A stretch of DNA of 64,000 nucleotides, taken from NCBI RefSeq assembly GCF_009914755.1, contig NC_060928.1, one strand, 5' to 3'. A model generated the notes under the pieces. The model was not told the DNA's origin. It did not search any database and saw only the letters and a list, made by a program, of their open reading frames with translations. This stretch comes from the human T2T-CHM13v2.0 reference genome, Homo sapiens. Shown piece after piece: positions 48,076-62,447 of the stretch (its first letter is position 1; each line of letters starts with the position of its first letter). The position numbers were made by a program, and so were the translations under genes.

Positions 48076-48150
48076 CCTGACCTCAGGTGATCCGGCTGCC
48101 TCGGCCTCCCAAAGTGCTGGGATTATAGGCATGCGCCACCGTACCCAGCT
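48076..48150 (-). mobile_element. Alu 5' fragment (~75 nt)
   Basis: cctgacctcaggtgatcc...cccaaagtgctgggattataggc. Confidence 0.85.
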
Positions 48151-48880
48151 GGCAATTTCTATGTATTTTGCTCATGAATGTGCAGCCTGGGACTCAGCAG
48201 GGACCACTTGTCTCTGCTCCAGGCAGCGTCAGCTCAACTGGGGGCTGGAGGGTCCCTTTCCAAGATGGGTCACCCACATGGCGGGCTGCCAGCAGGGAGC
48301 TCAGCCTCTTTCGTCATATAGGGTACAAAAACCACACAGACAAGGCCACCTCAAGCCAAATGGTAGCCAGATTGCTGCTGTAAGCAGCCCCCACCTCATC
48401 AGCTGGCAACAGGAGCCATGGACCCTGGGTCCTGCAAGACAGGGTTGAGGAAGGACGAAAGCAGAGGCCAGAGAGGTCCAGTAAAAGCTTTGGATTCTGA
48501 AGTCAGTGGAGAAGCCAAATCCTCCATTGTCAAAATTACCCTTTAAAAATCCCTTAAGCATTGGAGATCAATACACATCTCTCCCCAGGCCCAGCTCGCT
48601 GGGGTCTTCTCTGGCAATGAGCAAGGTTACTCTGGGTCCACAGGTTGAGCACAAAATGAAGAAGGAGGCTTAGTTTGGGATCTTGCAGGAAGATTATCTG
48701 CTGAATCTGAAGGCAGCAGAATCCAGAGAGGAGGCCAGGAAGAGCCGCCCTTCCTCCTAGCAGGCGCGGGCCTCCCTGGCACTTTGATAAATAGGTGAAG
48801 ATGAGGGGTTCCTCTTGCTAAACATAGTTTTATCTGATTAAAAGAAAATCTATAGTTTATTTTTTCTTGATTTTTCTTTC

Positions 48881-49003
48881 TTTTTTTTTTTTTTTTTTCT
48901 TGGAGACAGAGTTTTGCTCTTGTTGCCCAGGCTGGAGTGCAGATCTCAGCTCACTGCCACCTCCGTCTGCTGGGTTCAAGTGATTCTTGTGTCTCAGCCT
49001 CCC
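48881..49003 (-). mobile_element. Alu right-arm fragment
   Basis: T tail followed by gagacagagttttgctcttgttgcccaggctggagtgca. Confidence 0.85.
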
Positions 49004-49621
49004 ATTTTGTTAATATTTCTAATCCTTCTAAATAGTAATTCACACTATTAATGCTATTAAGCTTGTTATTAAGGAGAAGACACGCTGTTACCCTCACAAC
49101 CCCCACAGCACAATACCTTGTATCTACTATGTGTTCAGCAAATATTTGTCTATTAAATTGATTAGAAGGATCCTTCTAAATGATAATGAAAGTAAATATA
49201 GAATGCCAACACTATAGATGCCATTCCCATTGCCAGTGCCCTTTCATCGTGGTGACAAAACCAGCTGTCCTGGAGCGTCTGAACATGAATAATGAACTTA
49301 AATAGAAGAAATGAACTCACCATCCACCTAGAGTGGGAGAGGAAATATTGCTGAAGCCTCACGAGTTAGCAAACAAGAGCATCCCCTTCCAGACGGGCAT
49401 CAAGAATGACATCTCTTAGGTGCGGGAAAAAGACTAGAAGGCTGAAGGCCCCCCAAAATATTCACAGGGTGCTAGAAATGGATGCTTTTTCTTTTCCTTG
49501 TTTTGATTTTTATTTTCTAAATTTTCTACAAAGACTGTGCAGGACGATCATAAGAAAAAGAATGATATAAAAGAAAAAAAGATGATCTGCTGGACAAAAT
49601 TAACTTTCTTTTGTCAGATCA

Positions 49622-49800
49622 TAATAATAGGTAATAGTTATCAAGAGCCTTCTACATACCAGGCACTGTTCTGAGACTTTAACATGGATTATCTCATTGA
49701 ACCCTCACAATCACACAATGGGGGTAGATACTAGGTACATCACTATTTTACAGACGATAGGGCTAAGCACAATGGGCAAGTAACTTGCCCGAGGTCATGG
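49622..49800 (-). mobile_element. MIR
   Basis: ccaggcactgttct...attttacaga...aagtaacttgcccgaggtca. Confidence 0.7.
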
Positions 49801-49846
49801 GGTCATTTACAGAGCCATGGAGGCAGCACCTCAGTTCCTTTCCCAG

Positions 49847-50204
49847 TGATATGGTTTGGCTGTGTCCCCACCCGGATCTCATCTTGAATTCCCACGTGTT
49901 GAGGGAGGGGCCTGGTGGGAGGTAATTGAATCATGGGGGCAGGTCTTTCCCGTGCTGTTCTCATGGTCGTGAATAAATCTTACGAGATCTTATGGTTCTA
50001 TAAGGGGGAGTTTCCCTGCACAAGCTCTCACTCTCTTTGCCTGCTGCCATCCATGTAAGATGTGACTTGCTTCACCTTGCCTTCTGCCATGGTTGTGAGG
50101 CTTCCCCAGCCACGTGGAGCTGTAAGTCCATTAAACCTCTTTCTTTTGTAAATTGCTCAGTCTCAGGTATGTCTTTATCAGCAGTGTGAAAATGGACTAA
50201 TACA
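49847..50204. mobile_element. THE1B-like MaLR solo LTR
   Basis: TG...CA termini (tgatatggtttggctgtgtcccc...aatggactaataca); 5-bp flanks CCCAG/CTCAG. Confidence 0.92.
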
Positions 50205-50339
50205 CTCAGAGCACAGAAGTACCTGGGGCTAGACCTCTGAGACTATTCTGCACAGTGTTGTTCCAAGCAGAGCTTCTGCACTGAAACCACCTGAGGAGCT
50301 TATCCAGCTCAACGTTGGGGTTCCCCACCCCCATGCCTG

Positions 50340-51390
<1,051 letters not shown>

Positions 51391-52689
51391 GACAAGCACA
51401 GACATTGCACATCCCGGGGAGGGTCCCGGGAGCTGGGGGCAGGACTCTGCAGGTCAGCAAGCTCCTCCAGCTCTTCTCGCACACACTGAGGCTTGTGAGT
51501 TTGAGAACTGGGCTATCGGGCTTTACTACCCGGAGCACAGGTCTAAGACCCCTCAGAATCCTCAGCCAAGCCCAGCCACACCGCGGATGCTCAGCCTTTA
51601 GGCCATGGAGGAGGCAGAAGGGCAGGCTGGTCTGGATTTTACCAACCCCCCTCCTGTGGTGCCTACCTCTTGATTTTTGCTATTTCGCTCAAGTGACTTG
51701 TCTGCAATATAGAGTGGTCCCTTATGTCTTTCTGTTCCAGTCCTCCAAACACCACCAGCTTGGCCTACAAACATTTAGGATGTTGGTGATTAAAAATATA
51801 TACTGCTTTTGGATTTATAGCACTTACTGGTTACTTGAATTGATCATTTAATTTTATCATTACCAGCCAATCTATTAGTTGAATGCTCCTGAAGCTTTCA
51901 TCAAAGGGTTTGGGGAAAGAAAAGAGAAAAAAAAAAGTCCAAGTTCTTGCCCATTGGAGGAAAAAAAGAAAGCCAACCAGAGACTCTAAGGAAAAAATAT
52001 ATAAACAAGTATAAACTCATACTTATCTGAAAACTGGGACTTTAAACTTGCAGGCAGTGGCTTCCTACATCAGAGGATCTTTAGGGAACCACCAGCAGAA
52101 AGTTCCTCCCTGTGGCCTGACACGTTTTGCCCAGGACATTCAGGGGGTGAATGGAATGATAGCAGGTGGTGGGAGGGGTTCAGCCCAGCAGGACATCACC
52201 AGGACAGATCCAGAGGGGTGTGTGCAGACCCCTCCAGAAGGCCTCATTGCTGCTGCCCTGCAGCTCCCAGTCCAGAGGGTGGGGGTCTGAAGACATAAGC
52301 AGGATGTCACCTCCACGTAATTACTCTGCTGTGAGTGACTCCAGGGGTGCCCTCAGTCCGATTCGGGTGGTGGCATTTAAGAGAGGAAGTAGGGGAACCC
52401 TAGTCAATATTCCCTTGATCTCTGCTTGTGTGTACACTGGCAAGGAGGAATGTGTGGATTTCCAGCAGCAGGAAACAAACCGTTTTCATAGCTGAGTGTG
52501 TGGGGGTGGAGTGTTTCTAAAGCCTAGTTATCTCATGTGTCTGTCTTCTGAGGCCCTAACTGAGATTTTATGGCAAACTTTCAAGGTACTAATGCCTAAG
52601 AAGTAACGGGAGACAAGGAGACATTGGCTCTCAGTAGTGAAGGGAACATCCTGTCATGCAACAACCAAGGGACATAGGCCAGAATAACG

Positions 52690-53216
52690 CGTCTCAGTCT
52701 GTTCTGTGCTACTGTAACGGAATACTTAAGACTAGGTAATTTATCGGAAATGTATTTGGCTTGATCCTTCTGTAGTTCGTGAGCATGATGATTGGGTGCT
52801 CACACACATATGTGAGATGTACCACCCTCAAACCTTGTTACAATGTCAGCACATTACCCATCTGACCTGAAAAAAAAAGAAAGAAAAAGAAACATATTTG
52901 GCTCACAGTTCTGGAGGCTGGGAAGTCCAAGACCATGGCACTGGCATCTGGTGAGGGCCTCTGTGCTGTGTCGTGCCATGGCTCAAGGCAGAAGGGCAAG
53001 AGAGGATGAGGGTGAGCGGGCAAGAGGGACCCAAACTCGCTTTTATAACCACCCACTCTCAAGATAACTCACTCCCAAGACAAAAGCATTAAGTCCTCCC
53101 TGAGTACAGAGCCCTTTTGACCTAATCACCTCTTATAAGGCCCCACCTCTAAACACTTGCACCGAAGATTATGTTTCCAACATATGAACTTTAGGGGACA
53201 CATTCAAACCGTAGCA
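52690..53216. mobile_element. MaLR solo LTR (MST-like) interrupted by a U13 retrocopy
   Basis: gtctcagtctgttctgtgctactgtaac...ggggacacattcaaaccgtagca. Confidence 0.8.
52764..52867 (+). pseudogene. U13 (SNORD13) C/D-box snoRNA processed retrocopy
   Basis: 104 nt ATCCTTCTGTAGTTCGTGAGCATGATGATTGGGTG...CATTACCCATCTGACC, matching U13 as I recall it; box C TGATGA and box D CTGA retained; A-rich tail; TSD GAAA(TG/CA)TATTTGGCT at 52747-52761 and 52889-52903. Confidence 0.9.
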
Positions 53217-53224
53217 AAAGCATA

Positions 53225-53460
53225 ATAATAATAGCCAGTATTTATTAAGCACTTACTGCTTGCTGGGCGTTAGGTTAAGAGCTTTAGCTGTGTTACTGTA
53301 TTCTCACAAGAACTGTCTGATGTAGACACCATTTTTATCTTCATTTAACAGATAAGGAATCTGAGGCTTAAGTAAGCCAATTAGTTGGCCAAACAATGGT
53401 TCAAGGATTGAAGCCTGTCTCACACCAAAGTCTAGCCCTTAATCTTTTATGCTGTATAGA
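53225..53460 (-). mobile_element. MIR
   Basis: tatttattaagcacttact...ttcatttaacagataaggaatctgaggctta. Confidence 0.7.
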
Positions 53461-55624
53461 GTGATCTGACACCATTGTCATGGTTGCCTCTCCATTTTGT
53501 CCTGAGGCTTTGCTTGCAAAAGTCGGCACTCACTTGGCAAGCACTGTGCCTCCTCCTCGGGCCAGAGTCAGAACCCTGAATGCATCCTCCGGCAGTCGGG
53601 GCTGAAGCTGTGGGAAGCACATGCTGGCTTTGTGGCTGTAAAGTTAGAAACTGCTACAGCAGAGGGGCTTGACAGGGAAGGTCATGGGAAATGTCCTAGC
53701 CAGGGACTCCATCTCCACCCACTACGCAAATAGAAATGAAAAGACTTCTATTTTGGGATTAACTGGGTTCTTTTATTTGTAAATCCTTTCTAAATATTAA
53801 TCTAAGCTCCCAACCCTCATGGCTAATGTTTCCTTTAAGTTTCCAGTTAACACATGGGAAAATCATTGCAAATCCGTGACAGCCTTGGCACCTACTCTTG
53901 AAGAGGTGGGTGTCTGAGACTCATGGAACCCTAGAGGCAGCCAACACCTCAGGCATCACAGTGCCTTCATTTTCTAGTGAGCTGAGGATCAGTGTCGAGA
54001 CTCTGACCCGGCCTCCAGACTCAGATTCCAGGGCTTCTTCCCCTCTGCTGCGCTGCTGGAATCCACAGCCCCAGCTGGTGCCCCAGCCATCAGAATATCT
54101 GCCCTTTTCTCCAGGAGAGAGACTGAACTCCATGCAAACATTAGCCAAACACAAGCCATGTCCTGGAAGGCATGCTGAGAGCTGGCAGAGAGGGGAAGGT
54201 GAGAGATGGAAGCGCCTGGCCCTGGGTAGATATAGCAGGAGCACAGGCAGGGCCATGGATGTACCCAATCTGGGGACCATCGCAGGGAGCCCTGGACTTC
54301 ATGAACAGGAGGACTCTGGTCCTGCTTCCTAGGACGACCTTAAAGAAACATCAGCCTGAAGACTTTGGGACCATCCCAGGCCCAGCCAGGAGTTGAGACA
54401 TGAGGACTTTCTGGGCACAAAAGTTAAAAATTGAACTTGCACCATCGCCTGAGTCAGCTTTGCTGTGTGCCCTTCTATCTGGAGCACTTATGTTGCACAA
54501 CTCCAGGGAGCAGCATTTCCATAGAACACAGTGTCAATCCCATCACTTTCATTCTTTCTCTTTAACCAGAAAGACCAACTGTAGAAAAGGTAAGGTGTTG
54601 GCCACTCATTCAACAAGCCTTTGTTGGGCATCTAGTGCCAGCCTCAGGGCCAGGCCCTGGTTATACAGTTAACAAAGTAGTCATGGTCCCTGCTTTCATG
54701 GAGCTTGAAGTGTAACAGAGTTTGGCAGAAAATACGTATACAATGCCTAAATGAAACCAACTATGGGAAAGACATCAATTGAATACCCACAAGCATCCAT
54801 GCCCTGGGCTTCCGGGACCTGCGGCCCCCAGCCTGGCAGAGTCACTACCCTCAGACACTCACCAGGGAGAAGTGGGAAATCCCTCCTGAGCCGGGGAAGG
54901 GAAAACTCTGCTTCAGTCAGACCTGCCCCCTGAACCTCAAGGAGCTCAGGTCACAGGCTTACAGACCTTTCCAGAACAGTGAGCCTTCCTGGGAACCCAT
55001 CTAAACAGCTGACCACGTCCCAGAGACTTTAGTGCCGCCTGGAACTCTGGAGGATGTGACGTTCCAACTTGAAGCAGCTCAGGATGTCCAGTACCAGCAT
55101 GGCTAAGTCTGGGGTGTGGGAGGGGCCGTGGAGGGGAGGCCTGCCGTGGGTCTCCTGCCGAAATGCACCTGCGGCCGCCAGGCTCCCGTGTGCCACAAAC
55201 ACAAGCGCTCTTTGCTCTCTCAACAGGTTGTTCCATTCAGGTTTTTTGAAAACAGTGCACTAACCGGGTCTGAAGGAGGTCTCTCTCTCAAATTCCCCTG
55301 CAAAGGAAATCATGGGATTGCAGTGAGACTTTGTGTCATGGCCTTCTCTTTCATAAAATCCTTGTTGTCTGTAATACTCCTGTTTCCAGCTCAGAGGCTG
55401 CTCCCAAAATCAACAGACTTCCCACCCAACTGCAGAGCCCGCAGGTCAAACTCCCCCAAAGAGGATAGATACTATTTTACCCAGTTGAGGTAAAAGAGCC
55501 TTTGAAAGTCCCCACCTAATACTCATAAAAATGGTCTTATTTCAGAGTTATTACACGGATTTCTCCCTCAAGAGGATGAAACTTTTCCATAAATTAAAGA
55601 TTAATTTAATGCAAATGGAAGACT

Positions 55625-55825
55625 TGGCTCTGAGATTAGAAAGACCTGGGTTCAAATTCTGACTCTGCTACTTAAATCTATGTGGCCTCCCTCGGGTGAC
55701 TTAACTTCTCTGAGCCTGTCACCTAGTCTGTAAAATAGTGATAGTAACTGTGCCGGCATTCACGTGGTGAGACTGGGGATAGCATAGGAAAGTCTCACAA
55801 CACATAGTAAGCTCTCAATAAATGA
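55625..55825 (+). mobile_element. MIR
   Basis: agacctgggttcaaattctgactctgctactta...ttaacttctctgagcct...tctgtaaaat. Confidence 0.75.
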
Positions 55826-56398
55826 GAGTCCCTATTTTTATTTTGGATTTGGTTTTTCAAACCCATTTTCAGAGGCAGCTGTGAAAGTGCATTTCATCTG
55901 CGAGTGGGTGGTTTGTTGTGGTACACTGGCTGAAACAGATGCCCTTTTCCTGTCTTTATGCAACTGGATGCTTCTAAAATTCTTTTTTGTGCCATGGAAA
56001 AGGCTTGCCTGCCCATGGATCGCTCTTCCTCCTCCTCCGACATGAGCGAGTGCTTCGTGCTTCTCTCTCTAGGCTGCTCCCTCCCACACTGTACCGTCCA
56101 TGGCGTTTGTGCTGAGTTCTCACTTTCCTTCAGACTGAGAGGATCAGATACCCTGGTCAGTGACCGTGGTTCCGGTCCACCTGCTTGACCTGGGGCTGCG
56201 GCAGGGAGGCTGGATTCAGAGGCAGTGTTTCTTGCCAAGTTTCCCTCAAATCCTGCTATGGGAGAAGAGCTGTGGGTATTATCAGCACAAAGATTCCCAC
56301 CAACCTTCGCTGGAAGAAAAATATAATTTCTAAGAGGAGAAACACTGAATAAAGAGATTGTATATGTGAAATACTTTGCACCTGTATCTGAATCTTTT

Positions 56399-56562
56399 CA
56401 TCCATCCATCATCCATCCATCCATCCACCTATTCATCTATCCATCTGTCCTCCCATCCATCCATCTGCTCATCCATCCGTCCGTCCATCCATCCATCCAT
56501 CCATCTGCTCATCTGTCCACCCATCCATCCATCCGTCCATCCATCCATCTGTCCATCCATCT
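56399..56562. repeat. Imperfect (CCAT)n tetranucleotide microsatellite
   Basis: Directly visible. Confidence 0.95.
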
Positions 56563-56989
56563 ATTCTTCCTGCATTACGTATCCTTGTGTTGAATTCCTG
56601 TAATAAGCACATCACACACAGGGGATCAGGGATGGAGAAGAGGGGTCCTCTCTGTCAAGTAACTCACAGAACGTTCAAGAAGGCAGACGAGGAAAGAGGC
56701 AACTGCAATACCGTGTGACAAGCGTGAGGTGAGGGAGGAGGGAGTGGGAGAAGATACTGAGCACTTGGCTAGGACACGTAGCCTGTGCGGCACCACCAGG
56801 GAGGCTTCCCAAAGTTGGTAATTTTTCATGTCCATGCAAAGCATGATGGGAGCCATCAGAATTTAATGCCACGCAGAGAGGAGGGAACGGACAACACAGG
56901 GGTAAGGAACAGCATGTGCGAGGCCCAGAGGCCACAGCAGATTCCCAGGCTGGGGGCCAGTGGCAGCCACAAGGCAAGGGCTGGGCTCA

Positions 56990-57400
56990 GGGCTTCTCTT
57001 TCTTTTTTGGGCCATCAACCCCTTGTGCAACTCTGTGAGGTTTATGAGTCTCTTTTCAGAGTCATGTTTTTAAATGCATAAATTAAATACACAGGATGAC
57101 AAAGGCAACCAATGACATTGAAATACAGTAATCACAACATTAAAAAAATAGTAATAGATGTCGTCTATTAACACATTAAATAACAAGATCTAGCAAAGGG
57201 GCTCCAAGTACCATGGTGTCTCAGTGGTGAAATGTGTAAATATTTCAAGGTATTGTCAACAACTGCCATGTAATATGAAAATATCTGTAGTTTCCACTGG
57301 TGTCAAAATACCGGTGCTCCTAGACCACATGGTTTATTGCCCACATTCATAATTAAAGAAAATGCTAAATTTCAGTTTGAAGTTAGTAGAAAATGTAATT
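56990..57400. mobile_element. hAT-Charlie-type DNA transposon relic
   Basis: tgtttttaaatgcataaattaaatacacaggatgacaaagg...aatgctaaatttcagtt resembles Charlie-family consensus; subfamily uncertain. Confidence 0.45.
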
Positions 57401-60184
57401 CCTCCTCCCCACCATTTCCTATTCCCAAGAAGTCCTTTCTTCGCATTCACGGACTCCAGCCTCACAAACCCCTGGTCCTAACTCAGTCAGCTCCTCCTGC
57501 CACAGCTCCTCAGTCACTCTGGATTCCATGACCTCAACAATCCCAAATGCGATCATTGACACATTTGTGTCACTGTCCTTCTCGCCTGTGGGCAGGAATT
57601 GCGTCTGTCCTTTCACTTCTGTGAATCCAGAGCCCATCAGAGCAAGTCTGCACACATTAGATACTCAGGAAATGTTAAATGAATGAATGAGTCATGTCAC
57701 ACCAAGGATTGTGGACTTTGGACAGGGATTTGGGGGTAGAGATTGGAGTGGCATGATGAGATTTACTATGAATTTCAGAGCGTGACAAAATCAAATCTCT
57801 GAGGTGTCCCGTTTCTACCGCATCTATTGTGGCTCAGGTGAGGCAACTGCAAGACAAACAGGAAAAGATAAATAAATCTTTATAATAAGGAAAAGATAAA
57901 TAGATTTTATTTCACTTGTGGGATTCATGCAACTCCTACCTGAATCTTTAATAACAATGGAAAAAACCATGATCCTGTGGCAAAGAAAAGAAAAAACACC
58001 TTCTTGGCCAATTTTAAGACCTGCTGTGGAAAAACAAAAGTGCTTTAAGAAATAAACATAGAAGTAAATCTTTAACAACCAGAGAGTTAATTTAATGCCA
58101 TGCAGATATTACAAAATATGAGATACAGCTTTAATGTGTCATTAGTTTTGAAACTCAAAAAAAACAAACAAGAATGGACTTTGAATGATAAGAATATGTG
58201 TTAGTGTTTCTCGAACTTGAAGAATTTACAGAGAAATAGTTTTTAGGCTTTCATAATATGCTCATGAACCCCAGTTTGAGAAAACACTGACTTAAGAAAC
58301 TTAAAGTCTTTTTATGAAAATATTAAATATAAATTACCATTGTAAGTTTTCTCATTATATTCTTAGAATTGCTAATTTAAAAAAAACTAAAATAAAAATA
58401 TAAAATTAAAATCTTGCAGCTATCCAGGCATCTATGATTCCCAGAATGAAGAACTTTGTATTTTAGAAAATTATAATTACAGTAAATAGAATATCTAGTT
58501 GCCTGAGAAATAGGTAGTTGCCATTTTCTTTGATGTTGTGATATACTGACAAAACTTATATTTTAATTGTAAGTGGCTGCAACTTAAGGGAAAAAGAAAA
58601 TAGTAGAATCAAGAGATTCTACTTTTACTATTAATTTATAATTTCTATCTCACCTAACCTATTCCTCTAAATAATCTGAAATTGGCTAAAACAATTATAA
58701 ATTCTGCAAAACAACATTGTTGCAAGAATTTTTAGTTTATTGATTTACCTCTTCTCCACAGAGTATGTGCAACTTTAAAATTTTGAAAATTAAATTAAAA
58801 GTGATTTTTGCAACCATCTTTGATATCAAAGGCATGATAAGTAAACTCTTGCTTAAGTGAAGACTAATATGCATCTTGTCTAAATTATTAAATAGAAAGA
58901 TATTGTCAATGTATGTGTCATCATTGTAAAAAGTTAAGTGGTTATGGACGGGAAAATCACATCTGTTCTTACCAGTTCATTCTTGGTACTATGACTCATG
59001 GCTGATTATATGTCTGCTGTCCCTGCTTCCTGTTGGAGGAAGTTCTTGAAGGAAATGACCATATTCTCTTCCTTTCTGGAAAGTTCTTTCCATTCCTGAC
59101 ATAGTTGGCTTTTCTGAGACCATTTTGCAGTGACCACTGCCAAAACAAGGCTTTGACAGTGCAGCTTCCCACTGCCTGGCAGTGCCCACACCTCTTCCTC
59201 TCTTCTGCTGCTAACTAAATACTTGACAGCTTTGGCCTGGGCCACCCACTGTCTTACCCTTCTTGCTCTTAGACTTAGCTTTCAGCACAGTTCCCAGCTC
59301 GGCTCACTTTTTGTTCGTTTTTTGCATTTCCTGCGATTGTCTCAGGTTAGAATTTCTGCACCCACCCCTAACCCAAGAAACCCCACCTTTGGCTCCCCAT
59401 GTGTCCAGAATCTAGGAACTGCTCATCACTGTGTGTGAATTAAACTGAATGAAGCGTGGTGATGAGAGGACTCGGGGACCTAAAATGCATTGTGATACAT
59501 GAATATTTTGTAAGGGCTTTTTAGACCGACATAGTAAAAAAGAAAATTTGCTTCCTCACAACAAAGTTTTGATTTATCGTTTTTGTTTATTTTTAATTTT
59601 CTAGCCTCATTCCATAAGGGGATGCTGAGGTTGCTGGAAAAAACTAGAGCCTGACGTATGTTAGGAAGAAATTATTTTAATTTTACTAAAGCCAAAAGAT
59701 AACCATAGAGCTGGTTGCCTGCCAGGTCCCAGAGCACCTCCCTTCTCCCCCACTTGGGAGTCAGTCTCAGCCATCTCCACGGTGTGGTTCTGGAGTAAAG
59801 AGAGCCGGATGGCTCATGTGTCTCAGAGATTTCACAAAGATCTGGTTCAACTCAGGATTGCGACAAACCATAGGCCCTGGTGGCCACTGTAAATATAAGG
59901 GTTAATTAATTCACCCTTTCATCCTGTGACATATTCATCCATTCTCTCAACAAACCGAGCCATGCCCTGGGTACTGTACTAAGGCAGATACCGAGATGGG
60001 TCAAATGTGGTTCCAGCCACCATGATCCAGTATGACAGGCGTGAAGAAGAGGAAGGGCAGGGTGCTATGGGAGCCCAGAAGGCAGCTCCTAACCCAGAAG
60101 GGGAGGTCAGGAGTGAGCTTCCTGCAAAAGCTGATGTTTAAATTAGAGGATTTAACAAGAAGAATGAGATGGAGGAGGCACCCA

Positions 60185-60521
60185 GTCAGAGGAACAGCAG
60201 GTCTGAAGGCTGGGAGGCGAGAACCCCACAGAGAAACAGCAGGTCTGAAGGCTGGGAGGCGAGAACCCCACAGAGAAACAGCAGGTCTGAAGGCTGGGAG
60301 GCGAGAACCCCACAGAGAAACAGCAGGTCTGAAGGCTGGGAGGCGAGAACCCCACAGAGAAACAGCAGGTCTGAAGGCTGGGAGGCGAGAACCCCACAGA
60401 GAAACAGCAGGTCTGAAGGCTGGGAGGCGAGAACCCCACAGAGAAACAGCAGGTCTGAAGGCTGGGAGGCGAGAACCCCACAGAGAAACAGCAGGTCTGA
60501 AGGCTGGGAGGTGAGAACCCC
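60185..60521. repeat. 42-bp minisatellite (VNTR), about 8 near-perfect copies
   Basis: Unit AACAGCAGGTCTGAAGGCTGGGAGGCGAGAACCCCACAGAGA starts at 60193, 60235, 60277, 60319, 60361, 60403, 60445 and 60487. Confidence 0.97.
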
Positions 60522-61646
60522 CAACAGTGGATCTACAGCTCTCCAGACAGGATCATCTTCTGCTGACCCTGAGAATCTCCGCCATCAAAAACGTTCATGG
60601 AACTGAGGCCACTTCCTGTCTGGGGGCACCCAGCTGGGAACCCTGTGGCTTAAAACCTCCCTCCGCACAGACCTCCTGGGACTCAGGCAGCTTGCCTGTG
60701 TCTGGGCGAGAGGTCATTGCTGTAGGGGAGATGTTGCTGGAGGCAGTACGAGGGGCTTAGCCTCAGCGCACATCCTGAGTGGGAGAAGGAGGGGCAGAGC
60801 CAAGCTCCCAGTCCCTGCGTAGCTTCCCAGAGTACCCCCATAAGACAAACAAAGCCCCATTCTAACCCACTCTTCCATGTAATCCAAGCTGGGCCTACCA
60901 CCCTCAACCTCCTTCCAGAAGGTAAGGAGGATCTTACTGTTTGTACCCCCAGACTAATAGAAACAATTCTTGCAGTGTCCCCCAGGGACCAAATATGTGG
61001 AGTCCACATTCACAGAGCATCTGGGGTGTCCCACACACGTGAGGCCCAGGGCTCCCTGCAGTGAGTCTCGTGGTGTTGGGAAACCGCAGCCGGGCACTGG
61101 CTGGCTTGCCTCTTAGTTGACCCTTTATTCTCCTCCGGGTGTGGCTGGCTGCATGATTTCGGGCTGGGATCCCGACACAGACCTGTGGACATCTGGGCCC
61201 ATGCCAAGTTGGTGTATTTAAAACCCCCAGCAATGACAGAAATGACAGAAATGTCACTTAAAACAATCTCCTGTCTATTAAGGTAGCACAATTTTTTTTT
61301 TTTTTAAAGAATAAAGCACAATACTGGCAGGACTTTCAGGAAATAAGCATGCCCATATGTGATGGCTTCTTATGGTGTTCCTTTCTTTCTTTCTTTCTTG
61401 AGAAAGATCAGACAATAATGTAACAAGAGCTATGGAACTGTTTGGCCCAATAATCCCACTTTTGGGAATACACTACAAGAAAATAATTTCAAAGAAAAAA
61501 GCTAATATGTACAAATAAATACACAGCAGCTGCAACTGCACACGGTATAAAACTGGAAACAAACCAGACAAACAATAGAGGAAAGAGCTAAACAAATTAT
61601 GGAGTGCCATGAAATACTTTATGGCCATTGAAAATGACAAGGACAG

Positions 61647-61934
61647 GGCCAAGTGCGGTGGCTCACCCTGTAATCCCAGCACTTTGGGAGGCCGAGGTGG
61701 GTGGATCACCTGAGGTCAGGAGCAGAGATATGGTGAAACCCCCTCTCTACTAAAAATACAGAAATTAGCCGGGCATGGTGGCGGGCGCCTGAAATCCCAG
61801 CTACTCGAGAGGCTGAGGCAGGAGAATTGCTTGAACCCAGGAAGTGGAGGTTGCAGTTAGCTTAGATCACACCATTGCACTCCAGCCTGGACAACAAGAG
61901 CAAAACTCTGTCTCAAAAAAAAAAAAAAAAAAAA
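61647..61934 (+). mobile_element. AluS with a short internal substitution/deletion
   Basis: TSD GAAAATGACAAGGA at 61630-61643 and 61940-61953. Confidence 0.92.
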
Positions 61935-62105
61935 GTAAAGAAAATGACAAGGAAAGGACCATTTTGACGCATTAACGTTGGAATATTTAAGCAATGATAC
62001 AATGTAAAGCAGCACACGCATGCTGCATGGAACTATATTTTTGTAAATGCTTAAGTGTTCTACAAACATAACAAGATAGCCTAAAAGGAAATAAGTTGAA
62101 TTTAA

Positions 62106-62447
<342 letters not shown>

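Noticed and set aside
53898-56238. Cluster of 90-144 aa ORFs in GC-richer intergenic DNA
   Set aside because: No recognisable domain, overlapping on both strands and no consistent exon chain; expected by chance at this GC content. A lncRNA cannot be excluded from sequence alone.
56366-56603. His/Pro/Ser/Ile-rich ORFs
   Set aside because: Translation of the (CCAT)n microsatellite.
60032-60606. CRISPR-like array or repeat-protein gene at the 42-bp repeat
   Set aside because: Units are head-to-tail with no unique spacers and no cas genes. The ORFs on both strands are a by-product of a stop-poor unit divisible by 3.
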